This document shows positions 35,890 to 48,518 of a stretch of DNA of 64,000 bases, piece by piece. The stretch is taken from contig CM059431.1 of assembly GCA_030390025.1 (NCBI GenBank), positions 103,976,001 to 104,040,000 of the forward strand. The letters run 5' to 3'. The position numbers and the translations under genes were made by a program. The notes below the pieces were generated by a model. It did not search any database. It saw nothing but the letters and a program-made list of their open reading frames with translations, and had not been told where the DNA came from. Numbering within the stretch: the first letter of the stretch is position 1; each line of letters begins with the position of its first letter. The stretch comes from Squalus acanthias. Lineage: Eukaryota.

Positions 35890-36665
35890 ATTCTATTCTA
35901 TGATTCTAATCACTATAGGCCTGTATTAGAAGACAGGCATCCCAAAATCTCCACAATCTTGTCAGTTCATTCATAAGATCAGTCATAAAAACCTATTTTC
36001 AAGTTTACTCATTCAGTGAACTTATGTATCCTTTCATTGGTTGCTGTGCCTTGTTTGGACTTTTGTAACTGATGGGGCCCTGATTTTAACTCCGGGTGGA
36101 TTCCCCGCTCGGGCCTGAGTTAAAATTATTGTCGGGTCTCAATGATGTCATCGGGCTGCAATTCGCAGATGTAAAGAAGGACCCTGTCGGCTCCGGGCGC
36201 CTGTCCTTGCCGCCCGCTCAGGAGAGCGGCTTAAAATTGCAGATGCTGCGATCATTGGCATCTTTCGGACAGGTGAGAGCCGGGGGCGATTTTACCTGCC
36301 CACCTGCCAGGTTTCTGCTGAGCGAGTAGGGTTAAAGTCGTCCTCAAGTTGACTTCAATGGAAAAGAAAGTCATGAGGAGTGTAAAACAGACTGCCAGTT
36401 TGCTATTGCCCATTTTACATTCGAGTCCAAGATTAATTTCAACCCCCTGGTCTTTAAGCACAGATTGTACTATCTTTCCTTGCACTGACATTGAATTAAC
36501 TGATCTATATTTCCCTTGATGCTATCTCTTTAAAACAGCTAAATGAGTAAACTTGAAAATAGGTTTTTATGACTGATCTTATGAATGAACTGACAAGATC
36601 GTGGAGATTGTGGGATGCCTGCCTTCTACTATAGACCTATAGTGATTAGAATCATAGAATAGAAT
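35890..36665. repeat. Inverted repeat, ~125-bp arms (35890-36016 and 36539-36665)
   Basis: The arms are reverse complements with about 6-7 mismatches by manual alignment. Confidence 0.9.
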
Positions 36666-37492
36666 CATAGAATGGTTACAGCACAGAAGGAGGCCATTCG
36701 GCCCGTGCCAGCTCTCTGCAAGAGCACTTCAGCTAGTCCCACTCCCCCGCCCTTCCCACGTAGCCCTGCAAATTTTTTTCTTTCAGGTACTTATCCAACT
36801 CCCTTTTGAAAGCCACGATTGAGTCTGCCTCGACCACCCTTTCAGGCAGTGCATTCCAGATCCACTCGCTGCGTAAAAAAGTTTTTCCTCATGTCGCCTT
36901 TGGTTCTTCTGCCAATCACCTTAAATCTGTGTCCTCTGGTTCTCGACCCTTCCGCCAATGGGAATAGTTTCTCTCTTTCTACTCTGTCCAGACCCCTCAT
37001 GATTTTAAACACCTCTATCAAATCTCCTCTTAACCTTCTCTGCTCCATGGAGAACAACCCCAGCTTCTCCAGTCTATCCACGTAACTGAAGTCCCTCATC
37101 CCTGGAACCATTCTTGTAAATCTTTTCTGCACCCTCTCTCAGGCCTTCACATCCTTCCTAAAGTGCGGTGCCCAGAATTGGACAAAATGCTCCAGTTGAG
37201 GCCAAACCAGTGTTTTATAAAGGTTCATCATAACTTCCTTGCTTTTCTACTCTATGCCTCTATTTATGAAGCCCAGGATCCCGTATGCTTTTTGAACCGC
37301 TTTCTCAACCTGCCCTGCCACCTTCAACGATTTGTGCACATATACCCCCAGGTCTCTCTGTTCATGCACCCTCTTTAGGATTGTACCTTTTAGTTTATAT
37401 TGCCTCTCCTCATTCTTCCTTCCAAAATGTATCGCTTTGCACTTTTCTGCATTAAATTTCATCTGCCATGTGTCTGCCCATTTCACCAGCCT
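36648..37492 (-). mobile_element. CR1 LINE 3' portion
   Basis: [15 protein letters not shown]..., RRLRGDLIEVFK; (ATTCTATG)n tail. Confidence 0.9.
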
Positions 37493-38081
37493 GTATGATG
37501 GAGCTGTACAAAACACTAGTTAGGCCACAGCTGGAATACTGTGTGCAGTTCTGGTCGCCACACTATAGGAAGGATGTGATTGCATTGGAGAGGGTGCAGA
37601 GGAAATTCACCAGGATGTTACCTGGGCTGGAGTGCTTCAGCTATGAAGAGAGACTGGACAGGCTGGGGTTGTTTTCCTTATAGCAGAGAAGGCTGAGGGG
37701 GGACCTGATTGAGGTGTACAAAATTAGGAGGGGCATAGAAAGGGTAGATAGAAAGGAACTTTCCCCCTCAGTAGAGGGGTCAATAACCAGGGGGCATAGT
37801 TTCAAGGTAAGGGGCAGGAGGTTTAGAGGGGATTTGAGGAAAAACTTTTTCACCCAGAGGGTGGTTGGAATCTGGAACTCACTGCCTGAAAGGGTGGTAG
37901 AGGCAGGAACCCTCACAACATTCAAGAAGCATTTAGATGAGCACTTGAAACGCCATAGCATACAAGGCTACGGACCAAGTGCTGGAAAATGGGATTAGAA
38001 TAGACAGGGCTTGATGGCCGGCGCAGACACAATGGGCCGAAGGGCCTCTTTCTGTGCTGTATAACTCTATGACTCTATGAC
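37493..38081 (+). mobile_element. CR1 LINE 3' portion (different subfamily)
   Basis: [21 protein letters not shown]...; (ACTCTATG)n tail. Confidence 0.9.
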
Positions 38082-38088
38082 TGTCTAT

Positions 38089-38789
38089 GGCCCGTAATTT
38101 CCGATAGGAGGCTTCCTGCGTGCGATGCCTCCTATCGAGAAAAAATCTACGCCCTTACCTGAGGGCTCCCGAGGTCCGGACTCTTCCGCTCCTGGGCCTC
38201 TCCTGGTGCATGTGCGCAAAGGCCCAGGTATCCCAGAGGCGCAGGCAGTTCGCAAGTGTCCCTGGGATCACGTGGGCCATGGGGAACCAATGAAGAAGGG
38301 AATCCCCCTTCGTACTTTTCACAGGTAGACCTGTGAAAAGAATGAATGGGGATCACTGTAAAAAGACACTACAACATTAAATATTTTTTTTTTAAATCAC
38401 GTTTTTAAAATGAGTTGAAATTACATTAAATTAAATATTTTAAACAAAAATTTAATTTTTTGAAAAAATAATTAAAGTTTTTTACGGGGCTAAAAATAAA
38501 CTTACCTTTTTTAAAAGTATTTTTACATTATAAATGAGTGAAAAAAAATTATTTTACCAGGCGTAAGATTTTTAAGGGATTTCAGCGGGCGGAAGTTCTG
38601 CAGAAAGTGGAACACTCAACCCACAGAGGCCCTTCTCCAGGGCAGGCGTCCGATTTGTCAAGAAGATTCTTGACAGATCGGAAGTGCTAGTTTTCAACGC
38701 GTGCACTTCGCATGCCTGGAACCGGCACTTGCGAGGTCCCTACGGGTGTGTACACAGTGTGTACCCATAGGGATCGGAAAACATGGGCC
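38089..38789. mobile_element. Family-A Harbinger-like MITE, inverted relative to the 20310 copy
   Basis: TIR GGCCCGTAATTTCCGAT / ATCGGAAAACATGGGCC; 3-bp TSD TAT (38086-38088, 38790-38792). Confidence 0.8.
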
Positions 38790-38792
38790 TAT

Positions 38793-39362
38793 GTCTTCTT
38801 GAAGTCTATCACTATCGTCCTCACTGTTCACTATACTTCCAAGTTTTGTGTCATCTGCAAATTTTGAAATTGTGTTCCCCGTACACCCAAGTCCAAGTCA
38901 TTAATACATATCGAGAAAAGCGGTGGTCCTAGTGTCGATCCCTGGGGAGCACCACTGTATACCTGCCTCCAGGCTGAAAAACAACCGTTCACCACTACTC
39001 TCTGTTTCCTGTCACTTAGCCAATTTTGTATCCATGCTGCCACTGTCCCTTTTATTCCATGGGTTTCGAATTTGCTGGCAAACCTATTATGTGGCACTTC
39101 ATTAAACGCCTTTTGGAAGTCCATGTACACCACGCCAACCGCATTACCCTCAACAACCCACTCTGTTACCTCATCAAAAAACACAATCAAGTTAGTTAAA
39201 CATGATTTGCCTTTAACAAATCTGTGCGGGCTTTCCTTAACTAATCCACACTTGTCCAAGTCACTGTTAACTTTGTCCTTGATTATCATTTCTAAAGCTT
39301 CCCCACTATCCAGGTTAAACTGACTGGTGTGTAGTTGCTGGGTTTATCCTTACACCCTTTTA
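38793..39362 (-). mobile_element. CR1 RT internal fragment
   Basis: [26 protein letters not shown]. Confidence 0.88.
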
Positions 39363-39374
39363 ATTCCACAATCT

Positions 39375-39681
39375 TGGGGTCACAGTCTCAGGATAAGGGG
39401 TTGGCCATTTAAGACTGAGATGAGGAGGAATTTCTTCACTCAGAGGGTAGTGAATCTTTGGAATTCTCTACCCCAGAGGGCTGTGGATGCTGAGTCGTTG
39501 AGTATATTCAAGGCTGAGATGGATGGATTTTTGGGCTCTAGGGGAATCAAGGGATATGGAGATCAGGCGGGAAAGTGGAGTTGAGGTCGAAGATCAGCCA
39601 TGATCTTATTGAATGGCGGAGCAGGCTCGAGGGGCCGTATGGCCGACTCCTGCTCCTAATTCTTATGTCCTTATGTTCTTA
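39375..39681 (+). mobile_element. CR1 3' end
   Basis: GHSLRIRG...RRNFFTQRVVNLWNSLP; (TTCTTATG)n-type tail. Confidence 0.88.
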
Positions 39682-39957
39682 ATTGGCCAAATTGATTACT
39701 GTATTCAGTTACTGCTGTAATTCACTGTATGTGAAACACTTCTAGACAGTTCTCAGAAGTGATAAGGTGCTATATAAATGCAAATCTTTCACTCATTTTG
39801 GGGTCAGCTAACAAAAGGTTTTGTGGAGTGAAGGTGCACTCTGCTCTAATGGTGAATAACACTTCTATATATTACAACATATGAGGATAAAAGTTCACAA
39901 GAGTTAGAAACTTTTGAAGTAGTTAATCACTACATTGGGAAAAAAGATAAACATTAT

Positions 39958-40708
39958 GGGGGAGAAATTTGGTTGGTTAGCGCCTCCCGTTAGCGCCTCC
40001 GGGCGACAATAGCAGGGTGCTAACGACTTACTGCCTGGGCGTAGCAATGTTACCGCCGCCCGCGAAATGCACCTGGTGGTTTACGGTGACGGTAACCCCT
40101 AGCGCCACGCTCTCCTGCACCCGGAGATCGGGAAGTCATCCGGCTGCACAGCGCCCCGGACCTGAAATTCGGTTCCGCCCCCTGCAGCATCGCCGGGCGA
40201 TAACACCGACAGCTGCAGGAGGCGTTGATCGGGAGGCCGGGCGCTTCGGGAGCGCTAATTAATGGTAAGGTCGCTGGTCTTCAGTAGAAATGTGTTTCCT
40301 TCCTTTAGGGTGCATTTTGAAAATGTTTAAATGGTGCGATTGATCAGCCCTGCACTCTGTTAGAGTGCTTGGGGCTGATCGTCGAGGATCCCGGCTGCTG
40401 TCGGCGACAAGGGAGATCATTCAGATGCAGAGCCTGCAGCGATGGCCCTTCCCTTTAAGGGAGGGAAGGGGCCCTCGGATCCCGGCAGCGCTGCAGTGCT
40501 CATTGTGCAGCGCTGCACCTCTACCGCACCCCCTGCTTGGTTTAGCGCCCCAGAAGGGAAGTGTTCGTGCTTGATTTAATGCTTCACTTCCTTCCTGGAG
40601 CGCTAACACTGAACTTACCGAAAGCTGAGAATGATTAGCGCCTGGCGCTAATTTTTCTAGCTTTCAAAATTTAACGCCCCAAAAGGGGCGATACCGAATT
40701 TCTCGCCC
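39958..40708. mobile_element. GC-rich TIR element (family B, TTAGCGCC-rich)
   Basis: Termini GGGGGAGAAATTTGGT / ACCGAATTTCTCGCCC; flanks TAT/TAA; related to 57550-58446. Confidence 0.7.
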
Positions 40709-41429
40709 TAAATGTCATAATAATAGAATCATGTGTAGGAACTAGATGGTGCAGTAGGTTAAAACATTGTAAATCTTTGGAGACTCTAGTACAGAGCCTT
40801 GCTGGACGTGAGCATGGATTGGTAAATTGGGTGTGCAGATCAGTTGCTATTAAACTGAACATGCTCCTTCAGTTGCAGCTGATGATTGCGCCCAATTTTC
40901 CAATCCTTCTTCTCATACAGCGTAATTCAGTGCCAGCAGAGAATATGCCCCATTGTCCTTTTACCAATGGTTACTGAAACCTTTAAATCCTCTCCAGATA
41001 AAATGTTATGATAGTCTCTCCTTTCTCACTGTTCTGTTTGACCTGTTGCAATCTACTGGATTATGGCCACAAGACCAATGCATATAACTCACCGTCATTG
41101 GTACTAATGACTCATTCTCATTCAGGGAGGTTATTGGATTACTTGTGTAAAAGGATGGAAATGTTACACTTTTACTTGTGGTGGGATGAGGGTGCATCAT
41201 TGGTGCAATTTTCCTCCTGTGCACTTACGGAAACAAACTTCGCTCGCAGGGAACCTGCAAAAAAAAATTGGCTTTCATGCTGTCTGCGGCTTTCTGACTA
41301 ATAAGACCGTAAAATCATGCGAATGTCCATTATGTTCTCCCAACGGGTGAGACTCCCTGTCGGGAGTGGAAAGTCAGAAAATTGCCTCTAATGTAGAGGG
41401 AGCGTTATCCAGAATCTAGTATTAAGTCC

Positions 41430-43380
41430 ATGGACAGCAGGGGAGAGCATGACAAGAGAGAATACGAAGAGATTAGAGAGAGAAATCAAAAAAAAGTTAG
41501 AAAGGCAAAAAGGAACTACAAAATTAAATTATGAAGGAACATAAAACAAAATAGTGAAATATTTTACAGGCACATCAATAAAAAAAAAGGAAAGTTGGGA
41601 TGGGAATAGGGCCACTAAGGGATGGACAGGATCATATCACAGGCAGCGATAGAGAGATGGCAGAAATATTAAATAATTACTTTACTTCAGTATTTACCAG
41701 GGAGACAGAACAGGTGGACATTACATTGGATGATGAGATTAGAAATGAGATAACTGCATTTAAAATAAAAAGAGGAGAAATATTAAATAAACTAATCAAA
41801 CTCGAAGAGGATAAAGCCCCTGGTCTGGACGGATTATATCCACACATTTTAAAAGAATCTCGGGAAGAGATAGCAGAGGCATTACTACACATATTTAATA
41901 ATTAATTTGAACAAGGTGTAGTGCCAGAGGACTGGTGGATAGCTAACATAATACCTACATTTAAGAAGGGGGATAGAACATGTCCAGGGAATTATAGACT
42001 AGTCAGCTTAACATCGGTGGTAGGAAAAATAATGGAATCCTACTAAAGGAGAAAATAGAACATCGAGAAACCAAAGATATAATAATGAATAGTCAGCATG
42101 GATTTCAAAAGGGAAAGTCTTGCTTGACCAACCTCATTCAATATTTTGAGGAGGTAACAGAGAGAGTAGATAAGGATAATGTAGTAGATGTAATTTATTT
42201 AGATTTTCAAAAGGCCTTCGATAAGGTACCACATAATAGAATAATGAATAAGGTCAGAGCATGCGGAGTATGGGGACAAGTAGCAGAATGGATAACTAGC
42301 TGGCTTCAAGACAGAAAACAGAGAGTAGGGGTAAAGGGTAGCTATTCAGGGTGGCAGAAGGTGGTAAGTGATGTTCCACAAGGATCAGCGCTGGGACCAC
42401 TGTTGTTCACAATTTATATTAATGATTTAGACTTTGGAATCAAAAACACAATTTCTAAATTTGCAGATGACACCAAATTTGAGGGGGATAGTTAATACTG
42501 AGGAGGACTGCAACAAATTACAAGAAGACATTAATAAACTTGAAGAATGGGAAATAATTGGCAAATGAAATTCAACACAGATAAATGTGAGGTATTACAT
42601 TTTGGTAAGAAAAAGAGGGAGGTCACATATTACTTGGAAAATATGAATATAAGTGGGGTAGAAGAACAAAGGGATCTCGGAGTACAAATACACAAATCTC
42701 TGAAAGTAGCAACACAGGTTAACAAGGCCATAAAAAAAGCAAACCAAGCACTAGGGTTTATTTCTAGAGGGATTGAATTGAAAAGTAGAGAAGTTATGCT
42801 AAACCTGTATCGAACCTGGGTTAGACCACACTCGGAGTACAGCGTACAATTCTCATCCCCATATTATAAAAAGGATATAGAGACACTGGAGAGGGTGCAA
42901 AAAGGATTTACAAGGATGTACCAGAAATGCGAGGGTATACATATCAGGAAAGGATAAACAGGCTGGGTCTCTTTTCTCTTGAAAAGAGAAGGCTGAGGGG
43001 TGACCTTATAGAGGTCTTTAAAATTATGAAAAGTTTTGATAGAGTGGATACAGAGAGAATGTTTTCACTTGTGAGGAAGAGCATAACTAGAGGCCATCAA
43101 TATAAGATAGTCACCAAGAAATCCAATAGGGAATTCAGAAGGAACTTCTTTACCCAGAGAGTGGTAAGAATGTGGAACTCGCTACCACAGGGGGTGGTTG
43201 AAGCGAATAGTATTGATGCATTTAAGGGGAGGCTAGACAAGCATATGAGGGAGAAGGGAATAGAGGGTTACGCTGATAGATTTAGATGAGGAAAGACGGG
43301 AGGAGGCTCGAGTGGAGCATAAAAGCCGGCATGGACTGGTTGGGCTGAATGGGCTGTTTCTGAGCTGTATATCCTATGTA
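41430..43380 (+). mobile_element. AT-rich CR1 LINE, decayed ORF2
   Basis: [43 protein letters not shown]; several frameshifts. Confidence 0.92.
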
Positions 43381-43458
43381 AGAATCCTCCCCGATGTTAC
43401 AGCTAAGTTGGGACTAGACGAAAAGAATGGACTGACATCCCTCACCTTTGGGGAAAAA

Positions 43459-43503
43459 ACACACACGCATATATATACGTGCACACACACACACACACAC
43501 ACA
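43459..43503. repeat. Imperfect (CA)n microsatellite
   Basis: CA runs with a TA interruption. Confidence 0.85.
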
Positions 43504-44219
43504 AAGAAATAGCCTCCAACAAACAAAGCCCCCTGCCAGTTGCACCTACTGTGATGATTACCCAGCTACCAGCAAGAAAGAAGCTGTAGCAACCAAACTC
43601 AACAGTTCCCGGCACTTGTGGATGAGGTAAATGGAACATCAATAATCCATTACTGTCCAACATCGCCTGTACTTAGAACTGACACTAGCCCCCCGCAAAC
43701 TCAAGAGTACAGTGCTTCGATTTCCCAGATTTTAATTGGTGAAAATAGTATTGCAGAGATCATTTGCTTTCATTATAATACTCCTCCTTACGTATTCAAG
43801 ACATGGCTAAATGACCATTCCCATTCGTTAAGGCAGTGTATACACAGAGTAATCCAACTGATGTTTGGCAATTTAGTATTCACTTTCGCTTGTGCAATGT
43901 TCCTTGGTTTAAAACTTTGATGCCAAATATAAATTGCACATTTACAACTTGGACTTGCAGTCGAGCTTAAATATATTTTAAGTTTTTTTTTTAAATTATC
44001 ACTAGTCATAATATCACATACTAATAATTATATTATATGAGGCATTGAAGATGAACTCGTGGGCAAGTTTACAGGGCAGTTATTCACTGCTGTGCATCTA
44101 TCACAATGCATGATCTAAATCAAGAGTATACATTATTATAGAGTAAATTAAATATGGTCCTGTTTACCTTTTGAATGTGAATATTTCGCTCTCTGTATAT
44201 ATACATGTATACAATATAT

Positions 44220-44500
44220 ATCCGTTCATGGTATGGCCAGCATTTATTGCCCATCCCTAGTTGCCCTTGAGAAGGTGGTGGTGAGCTGCCTTCTTGAACC
44301 GCTGCAGTCCGTGTGGTGAAGGTACTCCCACGGTGCTGTTAGGGAGGGAGTTCCAGGATTTTGACCCAGAGACGATATACTTGCAAGTCAGGATGGTGTG
44401 TGACTTGGAGAGGAACTTGGAGGTGGCGGTGTTCCCATGGGCCTGCTGCCCTTGTCCTTCTAGGTGGAAGAGGTTGCGGATTTGGGAGGTGCTGCCGAAG
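44220..44500 (-). mobile_element. CR1-group LINE 3' fragment (same family as 16580)
   Basis: GCATTTATTGCCCATCCCTAGTTGCCCTTGAGAAGGTGGTGGTG... Confidence 0.75.
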
Positions 44501-44564
44501 ATTTTATATCTGTTTATATATTATATATATTCTATGTAGGCAGAGATAAATGTTGACTAGGATG

Positions 44565-44690
44565 TTCTTCTTCGAAATAGTGGTCGTGGGATCTTTTACA
44601 TCCACCTGAGAGGGTAGACGGGGCCTCGGTTTACCGTCTCATCCGAAAGGCGGCACCTCTGACAGTGCAGCACTCCTTCAGTACTGCATC
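44565..44690 (-). mobile_element. Deu-SINE core fragment
   Basis: GGGGCCTCGGTTTACCGTCTCATCCGAAAG...GACAGTGCAGCACTC. Confidence 0.75.
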
Positions 44691-46319
44691 GGAAATCATA
44701 TTTTGGAAACCTTACAAATTTTATGCTACCATAGCACACAAAAACCAGAGGAATTTTTACCCACTCAGACTACACCAGTGAGGATTTTCCATTTTCCACA
44801 CTACAGCCGCGATTTCGCCAGCCGTGGCGAGTCCGGTGCGGCTGGAGCAGACAGCGGCCTTAAACACCGCTCCCGTCTTCATCCCACCTCTTCCATGTGA
44901 TTTTGCCCTGATTGGGCTTGTTAAGCACGCCTTGCCAGCTTCCCGGCCAATTAAAAGGAAGCAGGTCTGATGACATCATCTGATGATGCGTCTTCAGCCG
45001 GTTTCCTTAAAGGGACCATGCGCAAATTTACTTTGACAGTTGTGCTGTCAGTGTTCTACAGCATTGAGGTGCTGCAAACACTGACAATTACTGCACAAAG
45101 GTGCACGGTGGCACCCAGGCTTTCCCATGACTCCCTTCATATGCTTATGGAGGGAGTCACAGCACGCAGGGAAGTCCTCTTCCCTTCCCATGGGCGGTAG
45201 AGACCTCCCCAGGAGACCAACGCAGCCTGGTTGCACATTGCACAGGAGGCCACAAGCAAGGATGTGGTCAGGAGGACCAGGCTGCAGTGGCGCAAAACTT
45301 TCAATGATCTCACTAGATCACAAAATATTACTGCAAAACCACACTCAACCTCATCCTGCTGTGCCACTCATCACATCCCCATCACTCTGCCTTCCCTACC
45401 CTACTCCTGCACATCCTTACTCACACCAACTTACCTTGCACCTCTACCCATCCCTCTCTATCTACATTATCACTTCCCCATCTCACTAGCCACCCCTCAC
45501 ACTCACCCACATCCTAGTCCAATCATACCAACTAACAACACACAAGGGTAGGCAGTTGGGTGTTTTAGCCAAGTTTCTGTTAATGTGTTGTCAAGCATTG
45601 AAATCCTTATTGTCACCACTTTGCCTTCTTGGACAGATTTGTGTGCACCTTTGAAAGTGTCTTAGTGAGTTCCAGTGAATGGTGAGACATAACCACCCCG
45701 CCCCCCCCCCCCCCCCCCCCCACCAATTGGTGAGGAGTGTGAAAGGAATGGCTTGGACATTATAGGGATGCTTTATGGTGCTGGTGTGGGGTGGTGATAA
45801 CCTGGTGCATCATGTGGCAGCCAGGGTGTACAGTGTTAAGTGAAGCAAATCTGGACATGGTGAGGCCATCGCTGGTGTCCCGGGCAGCAATGTACACGGG
45901 TGATGATGCCCTGTGTCCAGTGCAGCATCAGTTGATTGCGGAGAAGTTTGGTGTGGATGTTGGTGCTGATGGTGTGCCCGGTGATGCTGGTGTTGGGGCT
46001 GAGCGTGTTGAGATTCTGAGGACCAAGGTGAGATTTTTTCAAGACTGCTGATGGAATAGATGGCAGGTGAGGTTCAGATGACAGAAGCGATCTGTCAGTG
46101 TAGAGATAGGTTGTTCCAAGGAGGTGACAGTGGATAGAGAGATTACTCCAAACACTTCAAAAGTGCATAAAGCTCAAAAGTGGGTTCCAAATCATTAATG
46201 CTCCAGCTTCTAAGATTGGGAAGTGAACAGCTGTGAAATGGTAGGTTTTAGACCACTTTTGCAGCTTTCACCTATTCATAGTAATCCAGTCATTGAGAAT
46301 CCGACATACTTACCTGACT

Positions 46320-47249
46320 TTCAAAATTTGCAGATGACACAAAACTTGGAAGTATAGTGAACAGTGAGGAGGTGAGTAATAGACTTCAGGAAGACATAGA
46401 CAGGCTCGTGAAATGGGTGGACACGTGGCAGATGAAATTTAAGGCAGAAAGGTGTGAAGTGATACATTTTGGTAGAAAGAATGAGGAGAGGACATATAAA
46501 CTAAATGGTACAATCCTGAACGGGGTGCACGAACAGAGGGATCTGGGGGTGTGTGTGAACAAATCATTGAAGGTGGCAGGGCAGGTTGAGAAAGCAGTTA
46601 AAAGGCTTACAGGATCCTGGGCTTCATAAATAGAGGTATAGACTACAAAAGTGTGGAAATTATGATGAACCTGTATAAAACACTGGTTCGGCCCCAACTG
46701 GAGTACTGTGTCCAATTCTGGGCACCACACTTTAGGAAGGATGTGTAGGCCTTAGAGAGGGTGCAGAAAAGATTTACCGGAATGATTCCAGGAATGAGGG
46801 ACTTCAGTTACTTTGATAGACTAGAAAAGCTGGGGTTGTTCTCCTTGGAGCAGAGAAGGTTGAGAGGAGATTTGATAGAGGTGTTGAAAATCATGAGGGG
46901 TCTGGACCGAGTAGATAGAGAGAAACTGTTCCCATTGACAGAAGGGTCGATAACCAGAGGACACAGATTCAAGGTGATTGGCAAAAGAACCAAAGGCGAC
47001 GTAAGAAAAACTTTTTTACGCAGCGAGTGGTTATGATCTGGAATGCACTGCCTGAAAGGGTGGTGGAGGCAGATTCAATCACAGCTTTCAAAAGGGAGTT
47101 AGATAAGTATCTGAAGGAAAGAAATTTGCAGGGCTACGAGGAAAGGGTGGGGGAATGGAACTAACTGAAGTGCTCTTGCAGAGAGCCGGCACGGGTTCGA
47201 CGGGCCGAATGGCCTTCTTCCATGCTGTAACCATTCTATGATTCTATGA
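46320..47249 (+). mobile_element. CR1 LINE 3' portion
   Basis: KFADDTK...LQEDIDRLVKW...; (ATTCTATG)n tail. Confidence 0.9.
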
Positions 47250-47475
47250 CGTGATAGCCTCTCTCTGGGAATCTCATTGAAAACCTGGTAAAATGTTAAG
47301 TACACGGGAAAATGGCTCTTAACTAACTTTTAATAAGCCTTTAACTATCTAAATTGGCTGACCCGCAGCTTGGTGTCGGGTCTGTTCAGGGATGACAGAA
47401 CCGACACTTGGGAAACTGACAATGAGGTGGGTTGACAGCGGGATACTGACCCGCTGTCAAATCTTTGTGATTTTG

Positions 47476-47944
47476 AAAGAAAGAAAGACTTACATTGATA
47501 CAGCTCCTTTCACAACCACCGGACGTCTCAAAGTGCTTTACAGCCAATGAAGTACTTTTTTGAAGTGTAGTCACTGTTGTAATGTGGGAAACGCGGCAGC
47601 CAATTTGTGCACAGCAAGCTCCCACAAACAGCAATGTGATAATGATCAGATAATCTGTTTTAGTGATGTTGATTGAGGGATAAATATTGGTCCAGGACAC
47701 TGGGGATAACTCCCCTGCTCTTCTTCAAAATAGTGGCCGTGGGATCTTTTACGTCCACCTGAGAAAGCAGACGGGGGCCTCGGTTTAGTGTCTCATCCGA
47801 AAGACAACACCTCCGACAGTGCAGCACTCCCTCAGTACTGCACCGGAGTGTCAGCCTAGATTATGTTCTCAAGTCTCTGGAGTGGGACTTGAACCCACAA
47901 CCTTCGGACTCTAGAGGCGAGGGTGCTGCCCACTGAGCCACAGC
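47476..47944 (-). mobile_element. Deu-SINE, full length
   Basis: tRNA head, Deu core and (CTTT)n tail on the minus strand. Confidence 0.88.
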
Positions 47945-48518
47945 GGACCCGCCTCCAAAACCGCACTCTGAGCGCCGGCAAAATTCAGCCCTACATACCT
48001 CTTTGAGCAAGATGGTCATCTTGTGTAGAGATTGTGAGCATTATTAATTCTTGTGGCTCTGTGGAGCTATGCAAGAACAGGCCAGGGACTGCCCCCAAAT
48101 TCATTTCCATGTCAGACTCTTACAGCCGGCAAAGTAAGGGGCCTGTCAGCCAATTAGTCTGGGCTGTTTAAAAAATGTACTTTCACTCAGTAAAAGGGCA
48201 GTTTGCTAATCCACTGTATCGCCCAGTTGCCGTAAAGCTTTTTGAAGGACAAAAATGTGTATCTGGGACAGAATCTTCTAAAATGATCCAAAATACTTCA
48301 GTAAAAGGTCAATCAGTGCAAATTTAGATTGATTTGGAGAGGCCGTGTCATGTTGAGCTCATCCCTATTCCTCCTCGTTCTGGACTATTTTTGTCGACTT
48401 AAAAGCACATTGAAATTTCATTAGGGTGCTGCAGAGAAGTGTCTTAATACAGTGCAGTGAAAATAATAAGGTTATTTCTCACCAGCTTAGTTATAATCCC
48501 AAGCGATCAGGCTATATT

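Larger units (their letters stand above)
44805..47991. mobile_element. Internally deleted Harbinger transposon hosting a CR1 and a Deu-SINE
   Basis: TAC on both flanks (44802-44804, 47992-47994); termini AGCCGCGATTTCGCC / GGCAAAATTCAGCCC; Myb remnant APRLSHDSLHMLMEGV...RRTRLQWRKTFNDL; intron and transposase 3' segments match 28230-28430 and 28930-29400. Confidence 0.8.

Noticed and set aside
45700..45721. Poly-C run (potential G-quadruplex)
   Set aside because: Simple homopolymer inside a decayed transposon; length may be a sequencing artefact
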